Of a DNA stretch of 64,000 nucleotides, positions 41,032-56,000 are shown piece after piece. Where the stretch lies: assembly GCF_009914755.1 (NCBI RefSeq), contig NC_060942.1; one strand, 5' to 3'. The DNA comes from the human T2T-CHM13v2.0 reference genome, Homo sapiens. The notes beneath the pieces were generated by a model. It was not told where the DNA came from. It ran no database searches and saw only the letters and a list, made by a program, of their open reading frames with translations. Numbering within the stretch: the first letter of the stretch is position 1; each line of letters starts with the position of its first letter. Made by a program: the position numbers and the translations under genes.

Positions 41032-42120
41032 TAGGGGGTGACTGTGTATCTTTTTGCTTTTTTTGTTTGTTTGTTTGTTTGTTTATATTGGACTTACTCA
41101 AATTTCATGAATCAGGGAGGGGAAAAAAGGTATCATAATAGGTCTTCTAATTCCCTCACGTGTTCTTTTTCCTTCCTTCTAGTCTGTGTTTTCTTCTCCT
41201 TATCATCATCTTCTTGTTCCTCCTCCTCCTCTTGTTTCCTTTTTCCCAAGCAATGGCCTTAACAACAAACCAAAACTGAGTTTTAAGAATAAACTACTTG
41301 TTACTGTGTTGTATTTTAAAAATAGTCTGTCCATTACCATGTTTTAGAGATGAGGAAAAAAATTATTTGCGTAATTATTTAGTTACTTGAGTAGCTGTGC
41401 TTTCATGATCCTGTTAATGTGTTGGAAGTAGTTATTCAGGAACTTAATAAACAAAGCACAAATAAAATACTGGTAGCAAACAGCCATTTCATCTCTCTCA
41501 CATAGTAGTCTGAAGACATGCAAGAGGCAGAGGGGTAATAAGTTCCAATTTATGAGATCATTAAGTGAACCATACTCCCTTCATATTATTTCTCTGCCAC
41601 CATTTTCAGGAGTATTGTCATCTGCATGAGCAAACCTGGTTCATCACTACATATTTGCAACAGGAAAAGGAAGGGGAGGATCATGTATAACATTTTTAGG
41701 CCAAGATTCACAACCAAAAACAAGACTTTATTAATGTTGAGCCCTCTTTTATTCCTAGTATTACTACCTTTGTTATGAACCTTTTTCTTTTTCTTATTTT
41801 CATTTTCAGTGATTACTCTAGAAGTTTATGCATTTTATTGACTACTTTAAAAAATCTATATTGTATCGTATTTTTTAAGCCCACAGAAATGTGTAAGGCC
41901 TATAATTTTGACACTTTTAAATTATTTTATACTGTCAATATATGTAAGTATATGCATAAGTACAACCAGATAGCTTATTTTGAAGAGATAGTGTCTAAAT
42001 TTTTGTCCAGAGTAGATTGGTTGCAGTTTCTGAGGTGTGTTTCTCAATACATTGCCTCAGTTTTAAAGTCCATAGAAATTTGAATACTGTTTAACATATA
42101 GTCCTTTGTTTATAGGCTGT

Positions 42121-43291
42121 TATCGGGGAACCTGCCCCGATATTCAAGTAGGTTCTTTTCTATTTTCCCTAAGCATCAGCCAGCTTGAGAAATAAAGGGA
42201 CAGAGTACAAAAGAGAGAAATTTTAAAGCGGGGCAATGCCAGATATCGGGGGACCTGCCCCGATAATCACGTAGGTTCTTTTCTATTTTTCCTAAGTGTC
42301 AGCCGGCTTGAGAAATAAAGGGACAGAGTACAAAAGAGAGAAATTTTAAAGCTGGGCGTCCAGGGGAGACATCACACATTGGTAGGATCCGTGATGCCCC
42401 ACAAGCCACAAAAACCAGCAAGTTTTTAGAGGGAGTGTGTGAATAGGTGTGGGTGACAGACATCAAGTACTTAACAGGGTAATAGAATACCACAAGGCAA
42501 GTGGAGGCAGGGCGAGACCACAGGACCACATGACCGAGGCGAAATTAAAATTGCTAATGAAGTTTCGGGCACCATTGTCATTGATAACATCTTATCAGGA
42601 GTTGGTTTTGAGATCAACCAGTCTGACCAAAACTTATTAGGCGGGAATTTCCTCTTCCTAACAAGCCTGGGAGTGCTATGGGAGACTGGTCTATTTCATC
42701 TCTGCAGCCTCAACCATAAGAGACAGGCGCACCTGGGGAAGCTGTTTATAAGCCTATACCTCCAGGCACGTATTCTCTTTCTCAGGGATGTTCCATGCTG
42801 AGGAAAAGAATTCAGCGATATTTCTCCCGTTTGCTTTTGAAAGAAGAGAAATATGGCTCTGTTCTGCCCGGCTCACCAGCAGTCAGAGTTTAAGGTTATC
42901 TCTCTTACTCCCTGAATAATTGCTGTTATCCTGCTCTTTTTTCAAGGTGCCCACATTTCATATTGCTCAAACACACATGCTGTACAATATGTGTAGTTAA
43001 CGCAATTATCACATGGTCCTGAGGTGATATACATCCTCCTCAGCTGACAGGATTAAGAGATTAAAGTAAAGACAGGCATAGGAAATCACAAGGGTATTGA
43101 TTGGGGAAGTGATAAGTGTCCATGAAATCTTTACAATTTATGTTTAGAGATTGCAGTAAAGACAGGCATAAGAAATTACTAGAGTATTAATTTGGGGAAC
43201 TAATAAATGTCCATGAAATCTTTACAATCCACATTCTTCTGCCATGGCTTCAGCTGGTCCCTCCGTTTGGGGTCCCTGACTTCCCACAACA
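42121..43291 (-). mobile_element. MER11 solo LTR (HERV-K11/HML-8) with duplicated U5 end
   Basis: Minus strand starts TGTTGTGGGAAGTCAGGGACCCCAAACGG and ends CCCCGATA; 6-bp TSD GGCTGT at 42115-42120 and 43292-43297. Confidence 0.93.
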
Positions 43292-45644
43292 GGCTGTTTA
43301 ATATTTCTAAAGACTAAAGACATCACAGCCCCTTTTAAAATTCAGTAATATTAATAAAATTTGAAATATACAGTGCTAGAATACAACAAATTCAGAGGAA
43401 AAATTGTTAAACTATATAGCTGTAGAGCAGGAATGAAATCCAGGTTCTAAGCTATAAGGGGGCCATGAGCTTTATAAAATACAGGTGCATCAGTGACTGG
43501 GCATAGAGTCGGCAGAATTACAGGATAGTTAAGAGAGTGAGCTGTGGAGCTTAACTCTTGTGAACATGAATTTTTAAACTGCACAGTGCCTCAGTCTATC
43601 CATCTTTACCATGGGGACAGTACTAAGTTTTTGAGTTTTTTCCAGTTGACTGAATTGTTTCCCTAGTCTTTCTTGTTGCCACTCTTGATGCCCACATGAG
43701 AAGACCTAAGGTAATTTCTCACAGGCCTGGGACTCCTTGGCAAAACAGAAGGTGCCACAGACCCCATTTTAGGAGAAACCTCTGTTTTCCTCATGGAATC
43801 CCAGGAAGTGTAAGCAGAAAGTTCCCTCTCAAAACCTAAGGCTGTGCTCAGTTTTGCCTTGCTTTACCTGACCTTTTTGATTTGGGCAGACATCAGAAAT
43901 TAGTAGTGGGGAGAGGGCTAATAAAAGTTATGGATATGAAGATGTATCTATGGTAAGAAAGGTTAGGAAGGAAATAAATTTTATATGAGAGAGGATCTTG
44001 TATGGCCAATTCTTGTCCTAAAGTAGGACTAATTATTTAGAAAAGAGGGAAATACAGGACAAGTCAGAAATGCATAAAATGGGAAAGAAAAGGTACAACT
44101 GCTAGATCATCTCCTGCCTAGAAGTATTGAGTGATGTTTGCATAAAGAGGCTCTAATTAATTGGCTTCAAAAAAAAATGAAGGCTCTTAAATATTTTGTC
44201 AGAAAATAGAAACTCTAATGCCTTTTAGTTCATGTGACTGCAGTAATCTTTGGGAAATACAGTTTTAAAATTATTGGTAAAACGAAAATATCTTCAAAAT
44301 TTAGACATTTGGTCTAAATTAAGTCAGAGGTTAAATTTGCTAAGTGCTTTAATGTCATACACCGCTTCTTTGACTTTGGAAAATTGTCCAGTTTACCTGG
44401 TTTGAAGCCATTAGATTTCTAGGTAAGGCCTGGGGTCAGGCGGAGTTAGCCATGCCTCCTAGCTGTGCTGGAAAGAGTCAGACTTTATCTGCAGTTCTGT
44501 CTTGCTTCCTAGACTATGCACCTGGTACGTAACTAAAACTGCTTACACACACACACACACGCACACACACGCACGCACACACACATAAAAACAAAAAAAA
44601 GTGTTTTTCATTTTTAAAAGACATGGTAATATGGTTTTAAAAAAAAACCAAGTGTTGCCTAATTTAGAAAGTTAAAGAATTACTTTTAGTTGGAAGAAAA
44701 TAAAGTCTAAGCAAGTTATAGGAAGTTTATGAAAATTAACTTTGTAAAGAATTCTGTCTGTAAGAAAGTTGACAAAAATTAAAAGGGTATTATTTAGTTC
44801 TTCCATAAATTAAATATTAAAACAAAAGCATACTGAAACAGGGCCCATATGTCAAAATAATAGGGCTTTTTTGAACATTGATCCGTTCTTTAACAAGAAA
44901 AAAATATAGAGTTATAAATAGTTATGAAAATCTTACTTTATACTCAAATTAATTAAAACTAGATAGATTCATAACATTTTATTAAAAAGTAGCTTTAGCA
45001 TTAAAGATGCACTAATACAAAAATAAAATTTGGTTTTCTTTTTAAAAAGATTTTTATGTAATATTGAGAGACAATAAAAGATTTGTTTGCCTTTTGAGTA
45101 AATTAAAACAAAAAGGAGGGGAGAGAGAAGTGACAGATTTAGTTGGCCTCATGCTATCTCTACTAAGTTTTGTTTGGAAAGCTAAGTCTCCTATCAGAGT
45201 AAAGGTTTTTCCCTTTCTAAAATTTTTGAGTTATCATTTTTGGCTAAATAAATGACTTACATTGACCTGGGATTCTCTTTTGTGATATCCAGTGTTTTAA
45301 GCCTTTCATATTTGACAAACTTTCCAAGATCAAATTCTAAGGTTAAAAAAAGACTCAGCTTATTTGATATATTAAAACCATATAGAAAGCATTGTCAAAT
45401 ATAAAATGGTGTTTAACTTTAGGTTATATTCATACAAATATGTTATTGTATAAGATTTCTATAATTGTGTCTCAGCATACGTTATCAGTAATAATTATAA
45501 GTCTTATGTTAAATTGTTTTGTGTCATAGAGATGACCAGATTTCCTTGTTGATTACATACTAACTATGCCAGTCCTGAGAGTTTTGTCACCCACAGACAA
45601 TTGCTGTCTTGTTTTAATCCTTCTCAAAAGGTGGTTTATAATTA

Positions 45645-45998
<354 letters not shown>

Positions 45999-46681
45999 TT
46001 AACTAAAAGATTGTGAATAGAGAGAAGCAAAACAACAAACTTCTAAAACTCTCGTGGAAAGGTGATATGTTAAACATTGCGAATCCTTCTGTTTTTCAGA
46101 GTCAAGAGAACCTTTCGAGCTGTTTACAACTTTCAGCAATCTGAGTAAAGTATACTCCTGTAAGCAAAATTAGCATATTGCTTTCTCTCTACCTGACTTC
46201 TTCAGGGTTTAGAAACTATTTTTGAGTATTCTCAACTTACGGCAATATAGTTATTTGCGTAAGTGCAATAAAAATCTGTTTTCTTTTGTAATAGAAAATG
46301 AGTGGAGATGCTGCTTATTTTATCAAGGCTTTTACTAGAATGGCATGCTTTCAAATACAAACACATACTTTAAGGTGTCAAAGTTGAATAACAAAGCCAG
46401 TAAAACCCCTTGGAAAAACTGGCCTCATACCTTGTCTACAGAGTCCCTGTACAAGTTTCCTGGCCTGAGGTAAGTAATGAATGTCACATTCTGTCAGGCT
46501 TAGGAGCCCCAAGTCATCGTGGAACCTCAAGAGGAGAGGAATTTGCCCAACTCATCTAAATATTTATGACCTGTTGTGTCTGGCACAAATTCATGACTGG
46601 GCTCAAAGCTTCAAGGAGTATAACCTGAGATTCCTCAAGGAGAAAAGTTTTAGCAAAGCAATTTTAAAAAGGGCCAGTATG

Positions 46682-46980
46682 AGGCCAAGCACGGTGGCTC
46701 ACGCCTGTAATCCCAGCACTTTGGGATGAGGCCGAGGCAGGTGGATCATGAGGTCAGGATTTTGAGACCAGCCTGGCCAACATAGTGAAACCCTGTCTCT
46801 ACTAAAAATACAAAAAATTAGCCAGGTGTGGTGGTGGGTGCCTGTAATCCCAGCTACTCGGGAGGCTGAGGCAGGAGAATTGCTTGAACCCGCGGGGGCA
46901 GAGGTTGCAGTGAGCCGAGATAGCGCCACTGCACTCCAGCCCAGGCAACAGTGCGAGACTCCATCTCAAAAAAATAAAAA
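46682..46980 (+). mobile_element. AluS (Sg-like)
   Basis: Dimeric Alu; TSD aaaaag(g/a)gccagtatg. Confidence 0.92.
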
Positions 46981-48029
46981 GAGCCAGTATGGCAAATAAT
47001 TATTCCTACTGCACTTTATGCAAATAATCAGGTCAAATATAATAAGACTAAGACTTACTTTGCAAGTAAATTTGACTTACTATGATTTATTTTTATTAAC
47101 GGGGGACTGGAGAGAGAAACATGATGTTTGCAAAAACTGTAGTACATGTGTTGTTAGTTGTTCTTGAGTTTTTATTATTTTCTACAGTTTGAACTAAATC
47201 CTGAATTTTTTGTGGGCCGTAGGTCTCCAAACTAATGCTTTCAGATTTTTCTTCCATTTTTCTGTCTTGCACTCAATGAAATTGCTCCTACCTTTTAACT
47301 GAGGTCCTGCAAGCTTAAGCTTACTACTTGTAATATAGGCAGCAAAAAACATGTCAGATTGTCACCACCTTCCTCCTCTGTAACTGAAGAGGCATAGCCC
47401 ATCTGCGTGCCACCTCCTGATATAGAAAACAGCTGTTTAACTGAACTGATCTAGTTTCAGAACTAGGAAGCTGACTGAAAATTATGGGGCAGTATATTTA
47501 AATTTGTTCTTTCCTGTATATCCCAATCTGTCTGTCTAACAACTTCTGACCCAAGTCTCTCTCTGCTAGTAACCCCATGTCTGATTGGTTCTCGGAGCTG
47601 TCCATCTGGATCCCTCAGAGCTTAAGAGCTATTCTACTAAGACTTTCACTGTTTATCCTGGAACTTGTTATTTACCTTATAGTCCACTTTTGTGTGCTAA
47701 AACTATAGATGAGAATGCCATCTTGGGTGCTCAAGGATTCATCTTTGTAAATTGCCACCAAAGCCAAAAGGAAGAGACAATAAGGAAGCCTCTTGTCCCA
47801 CTGGGAAATGACATTGCAGAAGTTACTAAAATAAAGTCCTTTGATGGGCAGGATACTATGCTCAGGTTACTTATCTAAAGTAGCTAAAAATTTAAGCAAA
47901 GAATTATCCATTTCTTCCCTAGTCTGATATAATATTTTATGATTCAAAATAAGCTTGGGGTCAATAAGTAAGAGCTATCTGCAGGTTTAAAACAATAATA
48001 GTAATGCTAATAATAGCCACAGTAGTTTC

Positions 48030-48240
48030 AGTTAATAATGCTGATAATCATGTATGAGGCACTGGATTAAATGCCATATATACATACATTACTTATACAC
48101 AACCACCTTTGAAGGATATATTATTATCCTCTTTTTCATACAGGAAAACATACATGGTGATAAGCAATGCTCCCAAAGTCACACATCTAGCAAGTAGAAA
48201 AGCTAGGAATTAAACCCAGTCTTGTGGGAATCTAAAGCCT
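48030..48240 (-). mobile_element. MIR
   Basis: 'ttattatcctctttttcatacaggaaaaca...cccaaagtcacacatctagcaagt'. Confidence 0.7.
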
Positions 48241-48297
48241 ATCTTTTTTTCTCATTGTCAGCCACCCATGGCTTGTATTCATTAAAAAAAAAGTTTA

Positions 48298-48616
<319 letters not shown>

Positions 48617-48724
48617 TTACCCATTTGAAGCTATCTTTTTTCCCTCTGCCCATACTAATTAAAAATAGCATCAAAATACACTAGAGGTGAAAAGAAGAAA
48701 AAACCCGACGCATGTAATTGTAAA

Positions 48725-48946
48725 CAACCTCTACCTCCTGGGTTCAAGTGATTCTCCTGCCTCAGCCTCCTGAGTAGCTATGATTACAGCGCACACCATC
48801 ACACCCAGCTAAATTTTTGTATTTTTAGTACAGACAGGGTTTCACCATGTTAGCCAGACTGGTTTCAAACTCCTGACCTCAGGTGATCCTCCTGCCTCGG
48901 CCTCCCAAAGTGCTGGGATTGCAGGCATGAGCCACCGCGCTCAGCC
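48725..48946 (-). mobile_element. AluS lacking its 3' end
   Basis: Begins abruptly at 'caacctctacctcctgggttcaag' with no poly-T. Confidence 0.88.
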
Positions 48947-50326
48947 TATTGGCAGCATTTTAAACATTATCTTACTAATACATAAAATAATGGGGCATCC
49001 CATAATTCACAGTGCCTTACATTAAGTGGGATATGGTATAATAGAACAGGCAGTTCTACTCATATGATTGGCATCTAAATACATATTCATTCTTAGAAGT
49101 ACCACAAAAAAGAGGGCTGAAATGAAAATAACAAACTTTGTAAACAAAGTAATTCTTACTTTTTCAAAAAACTTAAAGCCAAAGAAAACTCAGCATTCAA
49201 ATGAATAGGTACAGCTCTTTTTTAAATACTTAGATGTATAGAATGTATTGACTCAGGTATTTCTGATAATAGTAATATTTAAGACTGTTACATATTTTCA
49301 GGAGAGCATTTAAAGGTTATTTTTTACAAATATTTTCTAACTTCAGAAATGCTTTCATTTGAAAAAAGGGAATAAAAGCTTCAATTGAGATTCAGTCCTA
49401 ATCCTCCATTTTTAAATCTCTCAGCTTGCTCAGGCTGGGCAGGTAAACATGAAATTTTTAAGGATGGAAGGGTCCTGAGAGATGGTAGAATGTGTCTGCT
49501 ACATAATAGGTATTTGGCTTATGTTGGAGAAATAAATGGATTGAAAGAATGAATACATAGAGCTGAAGAGTTCATTGTTATTGTTTGCATATGTGTAATA
49601 AACCTGTGTATAATAAAAATATATATAAAATAAAATGTATGCATAAAAATCTACAAACACACATAAAAATATCCTCTTTACTTTTGAAGAGGCTAAAAGT
49701 TCACAGAAGATAACAACAGACAAAAATAAAATAGTGAGAAATTATTTTGGCTCGTGCCAGATTCATATTCCTTCTCCTCCCAAGGATTATTTCATTAATC
49801 CTAAACTTTTACTAGAAGTTTTATACATGCTTATTGCAGAGATCCACAGATAAGAAAAAAAAATTCACTTATAATACACATGCCAAGAAAGAGCAAATGT
49901 TACCATATTTTTTTGTGTGTGTATATATGGCTAACAAAGACACATACTCTGTTTACGTGTATGTGTAATTGAACCCATTGATATACCAAAGTACATCTTC
50001 ACACACCAACTGACACCTTCAAAGTTTCCTTATTACAACATCTTGTGAATTTTATGAAATTTATTTATGGCATCCATTATATAGGTTCTTTGTAATACAT
50101 TGCTATTTTAAGCAGTACTGAGAAAAACAAATTGCATGACTCCATCTCAAAAAAAAATAAAATAAAATGGATACTGAATTTTACCTGAATAATTTTCAGC
50201 CCAGAAAATAACCTATTATGGGAATTATTTCTTTCATTATGTATATGAAAAATGAAGTGCTGTATATACTTAATTTTGTTAGTTAAATCACTTTAAAATG
50301 GTTTATAAAGTGCTCTATAAGGGAAA

Positions 50327-50825
50327 TGTTGAGTGGATCAAGAACCAGCTTGGAGCAGGAAATCAGAGAGCTGGAGAGACCAATAGGGTTACAGAAGGAT
50401 TTATTAAGGTGTACACTGGCTCAGTGGACCTGTGTCCAGAAAGTCTGAGCACCAAACAAAGAGGGCGTGCGTCTTTTATGGAAGCAAGGGTGCGGAAAAC
50501 ATGATGCAGGAAGCAAGCTTACAGAAGCAAGAACAAAGGCAGTTAATCATTCTATGACATGTCTTAATCTTGGGAAAACATGTTTTGCAGCCTATGCTTA
50601 TCTGTTTTGTGACCTTGCAGCTGTGCAGCAGAAAAAAAAAACAGGAATTTACAAACTTGCAAAATATGTCGGGGAAAGATATGGTTAATGGTACACAGAC
50701 AGGCAGTTAATATTCTTTTTAAACTTCCCACTTGGTGGGGGTTGGTTGTTTGGGGCCTTTAAACTTTAAATAGTAACTTTCTATCATAGGAAAAAGAAAC
50801 TCCTTATTTTTAATTTTCTACTTCA
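50327..50825 (-). mobile_element. 3' LTR of a class I ERV
   Basis: Minus strand TG...CA termini (TGAAGTAG...CTCAACA), preceded by polypurine tract AAAGGGGGGAA; AATAAA at 50400-50405. Confidence 0.85.
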
Positions 50826-50860
50826 TTCCCCCCTTTGGTGCTTTTTATAAAGGCAATATT

Positions 50861-53030
50861 TTAATAGAAAGCACCACTATATTCTATTTCTTCGTAGGGT
50901 GGCACACATTCCTCTTTGGGCAGTGATCGATATTTGGTCAAGGCCATTATTTGAGTAGTGGTTTGCCTGGTTACGATTGCTTCTATAGTCAACTGAATGC
51001 TTCTGATTAGGAAAGGCAAGAGACAAGACAGAATCAGGCACCTGCCCAGGATGGCTAAGAAGCCCCCTATCAAAGTCTTAAATCCACCAATAGATGAAAA
51101 CCATCCTGTGAAGAGGGAGTCTGGAGACCACCCTTTCCAGGTTTGAACTGGAACATGGGCTAGTTTTCACATTCTGGCAGTAATTTCCATGATTGCTTTT
51201 CCATTATCATCAATTTCTAGGCAGCAATTTGTTAGGTTGAATTTTCCACGTACTCCCCTTCCTGGGCAAGTAGGCAATCTAATACTAGTCTATTCTGGTA
51301 GACAGCATTCCTCATTTGTGTGGCTTGCTTGGCTAGCAAGTCTAAAGCTTTTGCTGTTTCATTACTTATGATTTCAAGAACAGCTTGTAATATTATGATT
51401 CTGTTAAGCATATAGATAGGGGTACGGTATCCCCATGACCCATCCTGTGCCCAAGTGGCAGGTCCATAATATTTGATAATCCTTTCAGGGGACCACTCAT
51501 TATCTTTCCAATCCCCTACATCTATGTCCTTTTTTCTGTTTGTGTCTATGCTTCTTTTGACTTTTATCTTCATCATAAACAGAGTATCCTAGAGCCTCTC
51601 CTTGTTTTAGGGGAATTAGGAAAAAGAATGGTCTGATTGTTCCTAATATGCAGGCTCCTGTCCATTTGGCAGGCAGTTGTCTATGCTCACGTTCCACAGA
51701 TCCAGTAAAGGCCTGAAGGTGCTTGCCAGGTGTTTAGAGCTTCTAGCTGATACCAGGAGTGGTTTAAAGTAGGAAATCTGAAGAAAAGGGTTTAAATCAG
51801 GAAATGAGGTACTATTTTCTGACATCCATAAGGTCTTCCCTTTAGTTTCATCATAATACTATTGCCCCAGACAAGTAAGTCCTCCTACTAGATCTGTGAA
51901 AGACTTTCCCCATCGAGCAATGCAGAATCTTCCTATTATGGAGGTTTTTAACAGCCAGACACTTGGACCAGAAACAGTTAGGTCGGTGGTGGAGTCAGGC
52001 AAAGTGAAATCATCTTGAGGCATTAATCCCTTGCCTGCCATGGCCATTGATCTCCCATGTTAGTTCTTCCACATACATAACATGAGGATATTCCTAGGCT
52101 GTCAGCTGTATTCTCAGGTTACGTGGGCAAACAGATTCTTTGTTGGAGAGAGGAGTTCCTTTTGGACCTGGAATTGTGGAATGGAATGGGTTTTTGCCTT
52201 CCTTATAATATGTAAGCTATCCTTTTTTGCTGACTGCATTTTATAGCATTATGGGATAACCTGTAGCTCATATAGATTGATCTGGTTCCAGGATAGTGAG
52301 ATTTATAAGACTACAGGTATCTGTTTTGCAATCAGGCTTTGCTCACAGTTTAATATATACCATGAGCTGTTTTGTGGTAGTCAGGGAACTGGTGGAGCTC
52401 GATACACAATCCCAGCAAGTTAATTCTGGCACCTTGCTGGTAGAGTTAGGAAACATGCAGTTCCTTTTTCCACAACTGCTACTCCTTGAGCTCCCTGTGG
52501 TAGTTGAGACTATAGGATAGGCAGATCCCGTGAATGCCACTTGACAAGAATTATAGTACAGAGATGAGTCTGTCTCTTTGTAGGTGAGACTCTAACTTGG
52601 TTTAGAAGCCTCCCTTCTTTCATCCCATTATGGATCTCAAACGAAATCCCAGGCTGGAATTTTGGATCATAGCATGTATAGGACTGACTGTTTCTTGGGT
52701 CACAAACTGAATAGGTTGCCTGATTGTAGATACAGGTCCCTAGGTGGGTCCTGGAGCATTCATAATATGTAAGGGACAAGATAGTCTTAATTTTTGTCTT
52801 CCCTTGCCATGTGTTATGCATACAGTAAGAACACTCTTCTAGGGGCTTTCCCTTTAGCATATGCAGGGGTGCCAATAAAAGGAAAATGGTAAACAACATA
52901 TCTATACTAAACACGGACAGGAAAGGTCCTTTCCTGGGAGGAAAGATTGGCAAAAATGATAGCATAGTGTAACAGAACAATTAATATTACTAAAATAGCA
53001 ATCAAACTTAAAACTTCTATCCACATTTAC
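50861..53030 (-). pseudogene. env: ERV env (ERV3/HERV-E-like), frameshifted
   Basis: '[55 protein letters not shown]', immunosuppressive-domain-like [14 protein letters not shown] and a TM anchor in ORF 50861-51073. Confidence 0.93.
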
Positions 53031-53039
53031 TAATCTGAT

Positions 53040-56000
53040 GAAGACTCCTCAAGCTTCGGCTGTGTGTAGACTAGTCAGCTTCCAGTGTGACTAGAGCAGG
53101 GCTTGATGACTCCTCAATCTTCAGCCTTGTGTAGACTGGCCGGCCTCCTGATTGGCCAGAGCAGGACTGTCGTCTTTCTCTGCAGTGGTTTGGTTCCATC
53201 GCAGGATCAGTCAGATCGGATGGTCTGGGTCCTGTTGACTGGTCCACTTGTCCTGTGCCGCTGGTTTCAGGTGACTGTGGTGGATCCAGGGCCCCATACC
53301 TGCAACTTTTAACAACAGTAGGGGTAGACAGTATTACAGTATGGGGCCCATCCCATATGGGTCCTAGAGTGGTTGGATTCCATTTTGTAACAGAAACAGA
53401 GTCTCTAGGGCTAAAAGGATGTACTGGGTCAACTAGACTTACAGGTATTCTTTCCTGTACCCAACCATGGACCTCTTGCATGGCTATTCCTAAAGCCTGC
53501 ATTTGCTTTCTTAAAGTTAATTCCCCTAGTTCCTGGAGATCACCTTTAATCTGATTTATGACTGGGGGTGGTCGGCCGAACATAATCTCATAGGGCAAAT
53601 ACCCAGTTTGTTTGGTAGGGGTGCACCTGACTTGGAGGCAAGACCTGATCCCATCTAAGGTGAGCTTCTTGACAGAACTTCTTCAGCACTTGCTTGAGTG
53701 TCCAGTTCATCCGTTCTACTTTTCCTGAGCTCTGCAGACAGTAGGCTGTGTACAACTACCATTTTATCTTTAACAGCCAAGTCAAGTCCTGGACTATTTC
53801 AGCCACAAATGCTGGTCTATTATCGATCTTAAAGTTAAAGGCAGTCCAAATCTGGGAATAATGTCTCTTAGCAACACCTGGGTTACCTCTTGTGCCTTTT
53901 CTGTTTGGGTGGGGAAAGCCTCTACCCATCCTGAAAAGGTGCAGACAAACACCAACATGTACCGATAGCCCCCAGCCAGAGGCAATTTGGTAAAATCCAC
54001 AAGTAGGTTCTCACAAGGTGCTGCTCCAACTTCCTGAATTCCTGGAGGCCTGGTTGGTCCCTGCCATGGGTTGTTTTGGGCACAGGTTAGACATTGCTCA
54101 CAAACAGTTTGAGTAATGGCGGTGAGTCGTGGCACATAAAAGTGTCGCCCCAGCAAAGTCTCTAGTGCTATCTTTCCCATGTGAGTCCCTTGGTGAAACT
54201 GATTAACAAATCTGGGAGCCACCATCTCAGGTATGACTAATCTCCCATCGGAGAACTTCCGCCATCCTCCTTCAATGTAGCTCCCATTCTCCTGGGCAAA
54301 CCAGGCCTTTTCACTTGGAGTGTAGCTGGGTGTCTCTGGGAGAGAAATCTCTGGGAGGAGAGGCATAACCAGAGCTTCCTCCTTAGAGGGCAAACTCATC
54401 TTTGCTGCTCACTTTGCTTCCCTGTCCACTTTCCTGTTTCCTTTTGACTCAAAAGTTCCTGCTGCCTTATGTCCTTTGCAGTGAATGACAGCCACCTTTT
54501 CTGGAGCCCATACAGCATCTAAGAGCTGTAGAATTTCTTCCTTATACTTTATTTCTTTGCCTCCTGCAGTTAGAAGTTCTCTTTCTTTATATATTGTCCC
54601 ATGGACATACAGTGTAGCAAAAGCATGCTTAAAGTCAGTATAAATGTTGACTACTTTTCCTTTTGCTAGTAGTAAGTCTCTTGTTAGGGCTATTAGCTCC
54701 ACCCTCTGGGCTGATGTCCCAGCAGGCAGTGGTTGAGCCTCTACCACTGAGTCACAGGTCACTACTGCATACCCAGCTTGGCAGACCCCTTCTGATATGA
54801 AGCTGCCTCCATCTGTGAAGTACTCAACATCTGGGCCTCCAAGGGGCTGATCTGCTAAGTCCCTTCAGCTGGAGAATACTTCGTCTACTACATCTATGCA
54901 ATAATGTTGAGGGAGGGGATCCCTCAGCTTTTCTATGGGCAGCAGAGTGGTTGGATTTTAAGTATTGACAGTTTCTACAGTTATATATGGATTTTCACAT
55001 AGGAGGTCTTGATATTTAGTCATTCTTGGGTTTGATAACCTGTGGTGCCCTCTTTGGTCCATGAGAGTTATAAATGAGTGTAGCACTCAAATGATTAATT
55101 TCTGTCCTAAAGTTAGTTTTTTGGCTTGTTGTGCCAGCAGGGCTGTGGCTGCTAGCGCTTTAAAACAAGGGGGCCAGCCTTGTGCTATGGTGTCTGTTTA
55201 GATAAATATGTCCCCAGCCGCTGCCATGACCTCATCATTTGGATCATCAGAACTCCAATAGCCATTCCTTTTTGCTCATGGACACATAGGAAGAAAAGCT
55301 TAGTCTGTTTTGGCAGCCCTAAGGCTGGGGCCTGTATTAGAGCTGTCTTGTTTTCTTTAAAGGCCTTTTTCTGGTCAGGCCCCCGCCAGAGGAGGGGCTC
55401 CTTTTCTCCCTGCTTTGTGGTTTCCATATAGCAGTTTTGCCATGAGTGAGAAATTTAGAATCCAAATATGGCAGAAACCTGCGGTGCTCCTAAAAATTCC
55501 CTTATTTGACACCGGGTGGCTGGAGTAGGTAGTGCACACACAGTCCACTTCCGTTCACTGCCAAGCTCACGTTTTGCTTGACTTATTTCAAAGCCTAGGT
55601 ACTTAACTCCTTCTGAGCATAATTTTGCCTTTTCTTTAGATACTCTGTATCCTGTTTCCCATAGGAGATGGAGGAGGTTATCAGTGCCTTAAAGGCAGTC
55701 AACCCAGGTAGGGGTTGCAAGTAAAAGATCAGCTATATACTGTAACAGGACACATTTGTCATTGGATGGGGTGAAAGCCCTAAGATCTGATGCCAGTGCC
55801 TCCTCAAAAATCACTGGGGAGTTTTTAAACCCTTGTGGGAGCCACGTCCAGGTATACTGAGTTTTTCCCCAATGAAATGCAAAGATAGGCTGGCTCACAG
55901 GGGCTAGCGGTAGACAGAAGAATGCATCTTTGAGATCCAGGCAAGTAAACTATGCAACACTCGTGGAATGTGACCCATCAACTGCCCAGTACATAACCAT

